DNA from: Malacoraja senta
Lineage: Eukaryota
Direction: 5' to 3'
DNA: 64,000 bases
Assembly (NCBI GenBank): GCA_038087875.1
Contig: JAXLNO010001394.1
Span: forward strand, 1 to 64,000
The notes under the pieces are model-generated. The model made no database searches. It was not told the DNA's origin and was given only the letters and a program-made list of their open reading frames with translations. Below are positions 60,181 through 64,000 of this stretch, piece by piece. A program made the position numbers and the translations under genes. Within the stretch, counting starts at the first letter, position 1. Every line of letters begins with the position of its first letter.

Positions 60181-61629
60181 TGTGTTAAATTACGATAACA
60201 TTTTGTTCGCTTGCCTGAAAACTAGCCTTTTTGAACGCCCGGGTCCAGGACTGCATGGAAATACCGAGGCGCGGGGCAAGGGTAAAAAAAAAAGCCACAA
60301 AGTGTTGGAGTAAAACAGTGGGTCACGCAGCATCTCTGAAGAACTTCTCACCACCACCACCACCATGGATAGGTGACGTTTCGGGTCGGGACTAAAGAAT
60401 GGTCGCAACTCAAAACGCCACCTATCCATGCTCCCCAGAGATGCTGCCTGATCTGCTGAGTTGCTCCAGCATTTTGCTTTTTGTTGTAAACCAGCATCTG
60501 CAGTTCTTTGTTTCGTCAGACAAGTATCAAAACTTGACTAGGTAAATTCTAGGGGTCTAGGAAAGAGCGTTCACGTCAAGGCCCTGTTTCCACCAAACTT
60601 TGCACCACCACGCACAAGAAGCACAAAAAGCGCAAGACGCAATCGTAGCAGATGCCGAGAAGTGTGTTCAGCTGTGGCTGAACAATTTCTAATCTTGCAA
60701 TGTGGACTCGATGAGAAGAAGAACATTCCCCATGACCATTAATTCCAATTTATCTCGAGTTTTCCAAAATAATAGCTAACCTCACTCCAATAAATCTCTC
60801 TGGCCCCGGTTGGTTTGCAGACATGGTCAAAATTACTAAAAACTCATCAACGCCGAAGCAACCCGGTCACTTTAAATTGAAACCCAAGGAAATGCAACTG
60901 TTGGGAATCGAGCAAAATACAAAGTGCTGGAGTAACTCAGTGGGTCAGGAAGACCCGTTGAGTTAGTTACTTCGGCACTTTGCAAATGGAATCGAAAATG
61001 TTTTATTTGAAATGATTTATATTGAACTTCGCGACACTATTGTTCCAACTCAATCCCTTTACATATATTACTTTAACTTATTTGACATTGGCCTCTTGTG
61101 AAGCGAGTATAGTGATATAACGATCCTTTTTTACAAAATGATAAATGAGATTCAATTGCAATTGACTGCACCGAACGCAAAATACTCTCTCGGAAAGGGC
61201 AAGAAGTGAACGGATTAAGGTTATAATATTTATATTACATAGCCAGTGGCCGCACAAACAAACTCCTTGCAACATCTCAGAGCCGGTCCCTTTAACCCCG
61301 GCACAGATATCAGTGAATAAATAAACATTAAGTGCTGGAAGTTTGAAGTAAAAACAAAATGCTGGAAACAGAGCATAATTTTGCAAAGTTACACCAGACA
61401 TTCCCTACATTAAGAGTTTGATCGTCTCGGCACCTTCCAATGTGCTGGCCATCGGCTAATCCAGAATGGGAAAACAAAGCTGATGCACTCCCTTATTGTT
61501 CTTTTACTTTGCACCTAAATAAATCGACCAGGTTCCGAGAGAATTTGGGACGTTTGTCTTGATTGCAGCTTGATGATTTTCAATAAGAGGGAACGCAGGG
61601 TTTGGTAATAAAAGCCTGTACATTTTCAA

Positions 61630-62950
61630 CCTGAGGGATAGGTTATACAGGCATTTGGACGTGCAAGGGCTGATTAGGGATAGTCAGCATGGGAGGTCGT
61701 GTCTCACAAATCTGATTGAGTTTTTTGAAGTCGTGACCAAAAAGGTCGACGAGGGCAGAGCTGTAGATGTTGTGTACGTCGATTTCAGTAAGGCATTTGA
61801 CAAGGTTCCGCATGGTAGGCTGCTCTGGAAGGTTAGATCGCATGGGATCCAATGAGAGATAGCTGAATGGATAGCAAATTGGCTCCATGGAAGGAAGCAG
61901 AGGGGGATGGTGGAAGGTTGCTTCTCGGACTGGAGGCCTGTGACTAGTGGTGTGCCTCAGGGTTGGTGCTGGGCCTGTTACTGTTTGTCATCTACATCAA
62001 TGATTTGAATGAGAACATACAGAGCAAGATTAGCCAGTTTGCTGATGATACAAAAGTGGGTGGTTTTGCATATAGTGAAGATGGTTGTGAAAGATTGCAG
62101 CAGGATCTGGATCGATTGGCCAGCTGGCTGAGGATTGGCTGATGAAATTTAATACAGAGATGTGTGAGGTGTTGCATTTTGGGACGTCTAACAAGGACGC
62201 TGGACCTACACTTTGAATGGTAGGCCTCTGGGGAGTGTTGTAGAGCAGAGGGATCTAGGAGGGCAGATGCATGGTTCCTTTAGTCACAGGTCGGTAAGGT
62301 GGTCAAAAAGGCTTTTGGCACATTGGCCTTCATCAGTCAGAGTATAGAGTATGGAAGTTGGGAGGCCATGTTGCAGTTGTATAAGACGTTGGTGAGACCG
62401 CATTTAGAATATTGTGTTCAGTTCTGGACACCATGGTATAGGAAAGATATTGTCAAGCTTGAAAGGGTTCAGAGAAGGTTTATGAGGATGTTGCTAGGAC
62501 TAGAGGGTGTGAGTTATAGGGAGAGGTTGAGTAGGCTGGGTCTCTATTCCTTGGAGTGCAGGAGGATGAGGGGTGATCTTATAGAGGTGTACAAAATCAT
62601 GAGAGCAATAGATCGGGTAGATGCACAGAGTCTGTTGCCCAGAGTATGGGAATCGAGGACCAGCGGACATAGGTTCAAGGTGAAGGGGAAAAGATTTAAT
62701 AGAAATCTGAGGGGTAACTTTTTCACACAAAGGGTGGTGGGTGTATAGAACAAACTGCCAGAGGAGGTAGTTGAGGCTGGGCTATCCCAACATTTAAGAA
62801 GCAGTCAGACAGGTAAATGGATAGGACAGGTTTGGAGGGATATGGACCAAGTGCAGGCAAGTGGTACTAGTGTAGCTGGGACATATTGACCGGTGTGGGC
62901 TAGTTGACAGAAGGGCCTGTTTCCACACTGTATCACTCTATGACTCTAAC
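61630..62950 (+). mobile_element. CR1 RT-to-3' fragment with frameshifts
   Basis: [26 protein letters not shown] and LYKTLVRPHLEYCVQFW..RGNFFTQRVV; tail atcactctatgactcta. Confidence 0.9.
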
Positions 62951-63544
62951 CAAATACCACTCTAAAATATGTTTAGTTCTTAACTCTATTCCAATGTTGA
63001 CACCAATAACTGGGTATTTAACAACCAAGATCAATTTCAGTTTAATTTTGCTTATGGTGATTATTAATATGACACTCGAAACATTTGATGGTGAGGCTGA
63101 ATGTTATGTTTAGGAATTAGTTTATTGTCACATGTACCAAGATACAGTAAAATACTTTATTTGCATGCTATATTGCAAATCATTCCACGCACAAGTACAA
63201 TTAAACCATACACAAGTACAGCAGGCAGTGCAAAGAGAAAAAATATCAAAGTGCAGATTATCGTGGTACAGCATTAGTGGTGCAGAGAAAGTACAAGATT
63301 CCCAATGACGTAGTTTGGTAGATCAGGAGTACATCCTAGTTTACGCGAGGACATTCAGTAATCTGATAATAGCAAGGACGAAGCTGTTTGTGAATCTCAT
63401 AGTATGTGCTCAAGCTTTTGTTTATTTCATCCGATAGAAGAAGCGGGGAATGACAAGGGTGAAAGTAGTCCCCGATTTTTGTTGGATGCTTTCCCACGAT
63501 AGTGTGAAGTGTAGATGGGGTTATTGTTGATGCCTCTCTATAAT

Positions 63545-64000
63545 AATTTTAAGAGCTCAATGCTCTTAAGACAGTGGAATTGATTGTAGACTTTAGGACA
63601 CCTCCCCCTCCCCTCACCCCACTCACCATCAACAACACCACAGCCACATCTGTGGAGTCTTTTAAGTTCCTGGGAACCATCATCTCCAAGGACCTTAAAT
63701 GGGGGGGGGGGGCGACCATCGACTCCACAGTCAAAAAGGCACAACATAGGATGTACTTCCTACGGCAGCTGAGGAAGCACAATCTGCCACAGGCAATGAT
63801 GGTCCAATTCTAATCGGCCATCGTAGAGTCTGTTCTCACGCTCTCCATCATGGTCTGGTTTGGCTCAGCCACCAAGCACGACACCTGGAGGCTGCAGTGA
63901 ATCGTCCGATCAGCTGAGAAGGTTATTGGCTGCAACCTTCCCTCCATTGATGAACTGTACACTGCAAGGGCCAGGAAGCAAGCGGGCAAGATCATCTCTG
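63545..64000 (+). mobile_element. Rex1/Babar-like LINE fragment running off the window end
   Basis: ELIVDFR..VESFKFLGTII..KKAQHRMYFLRQLRK, continuing into sequence nearly identical to 56629-56720. Confidence 0.85.

Noticed and set aside
60886-60903. Adjacent ETS and MYB-like motifs 3' of C suggesting the gamma enhancer
   Set aside because: It lies within a decayed copy of the Penelope-derived repeat, so it is not independent evidence. No 3' enhancer could be located.

Overview
This window is eukaryotic genomic DNA holding a T-cell receptor gamma (TRG) translocon from a cartilaginous fish. The taxon is inferred from the CR1, HE1-type V-SINE and Penelope repeat content and is probably a skate or ray. 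All immune segments lie on the + strand. There are four V genes, each with a split leader, open V exon ending YY/FCAYW and a 23-bp-spacer RSS (37-481, 5551-5981, 38699-39161, 43431-43877). Two clear J segments have 12-bp-spacer RSS (51864-51920, 52076-52132), and a third, atypical J candidate missed by the ORF track lies at 50722-50780. One C gene has three coding exons: Ig domain 55400-55717, connecting peptide 57509-57595 and TM/cytoplasmic 59054-59187. The rest is dominated by transposable elements. The 32.7-kb V2-V3 gap holds a multi-layer CR1 nest, a Gypsy>hAT>CR1 stack whose innermost CR1 has both ORFs intact, a second Gypsy, and a Penelope-like element with inverted arms. Penelope-derived repeats carrying minimal hammerhead-ribozyme cores are scattered throughout. 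The most interesting lead is an Ig-like secretory-tail architecture in TRGC: reading through the connecting-peptide donor gives a 29-aa tail with a Cys and an N-glycan sequon, and its stop codon overlaps an AATAAA, predicting a possible secreted TCR-gamma isoform. All counts were done by hand; no database searches were run.
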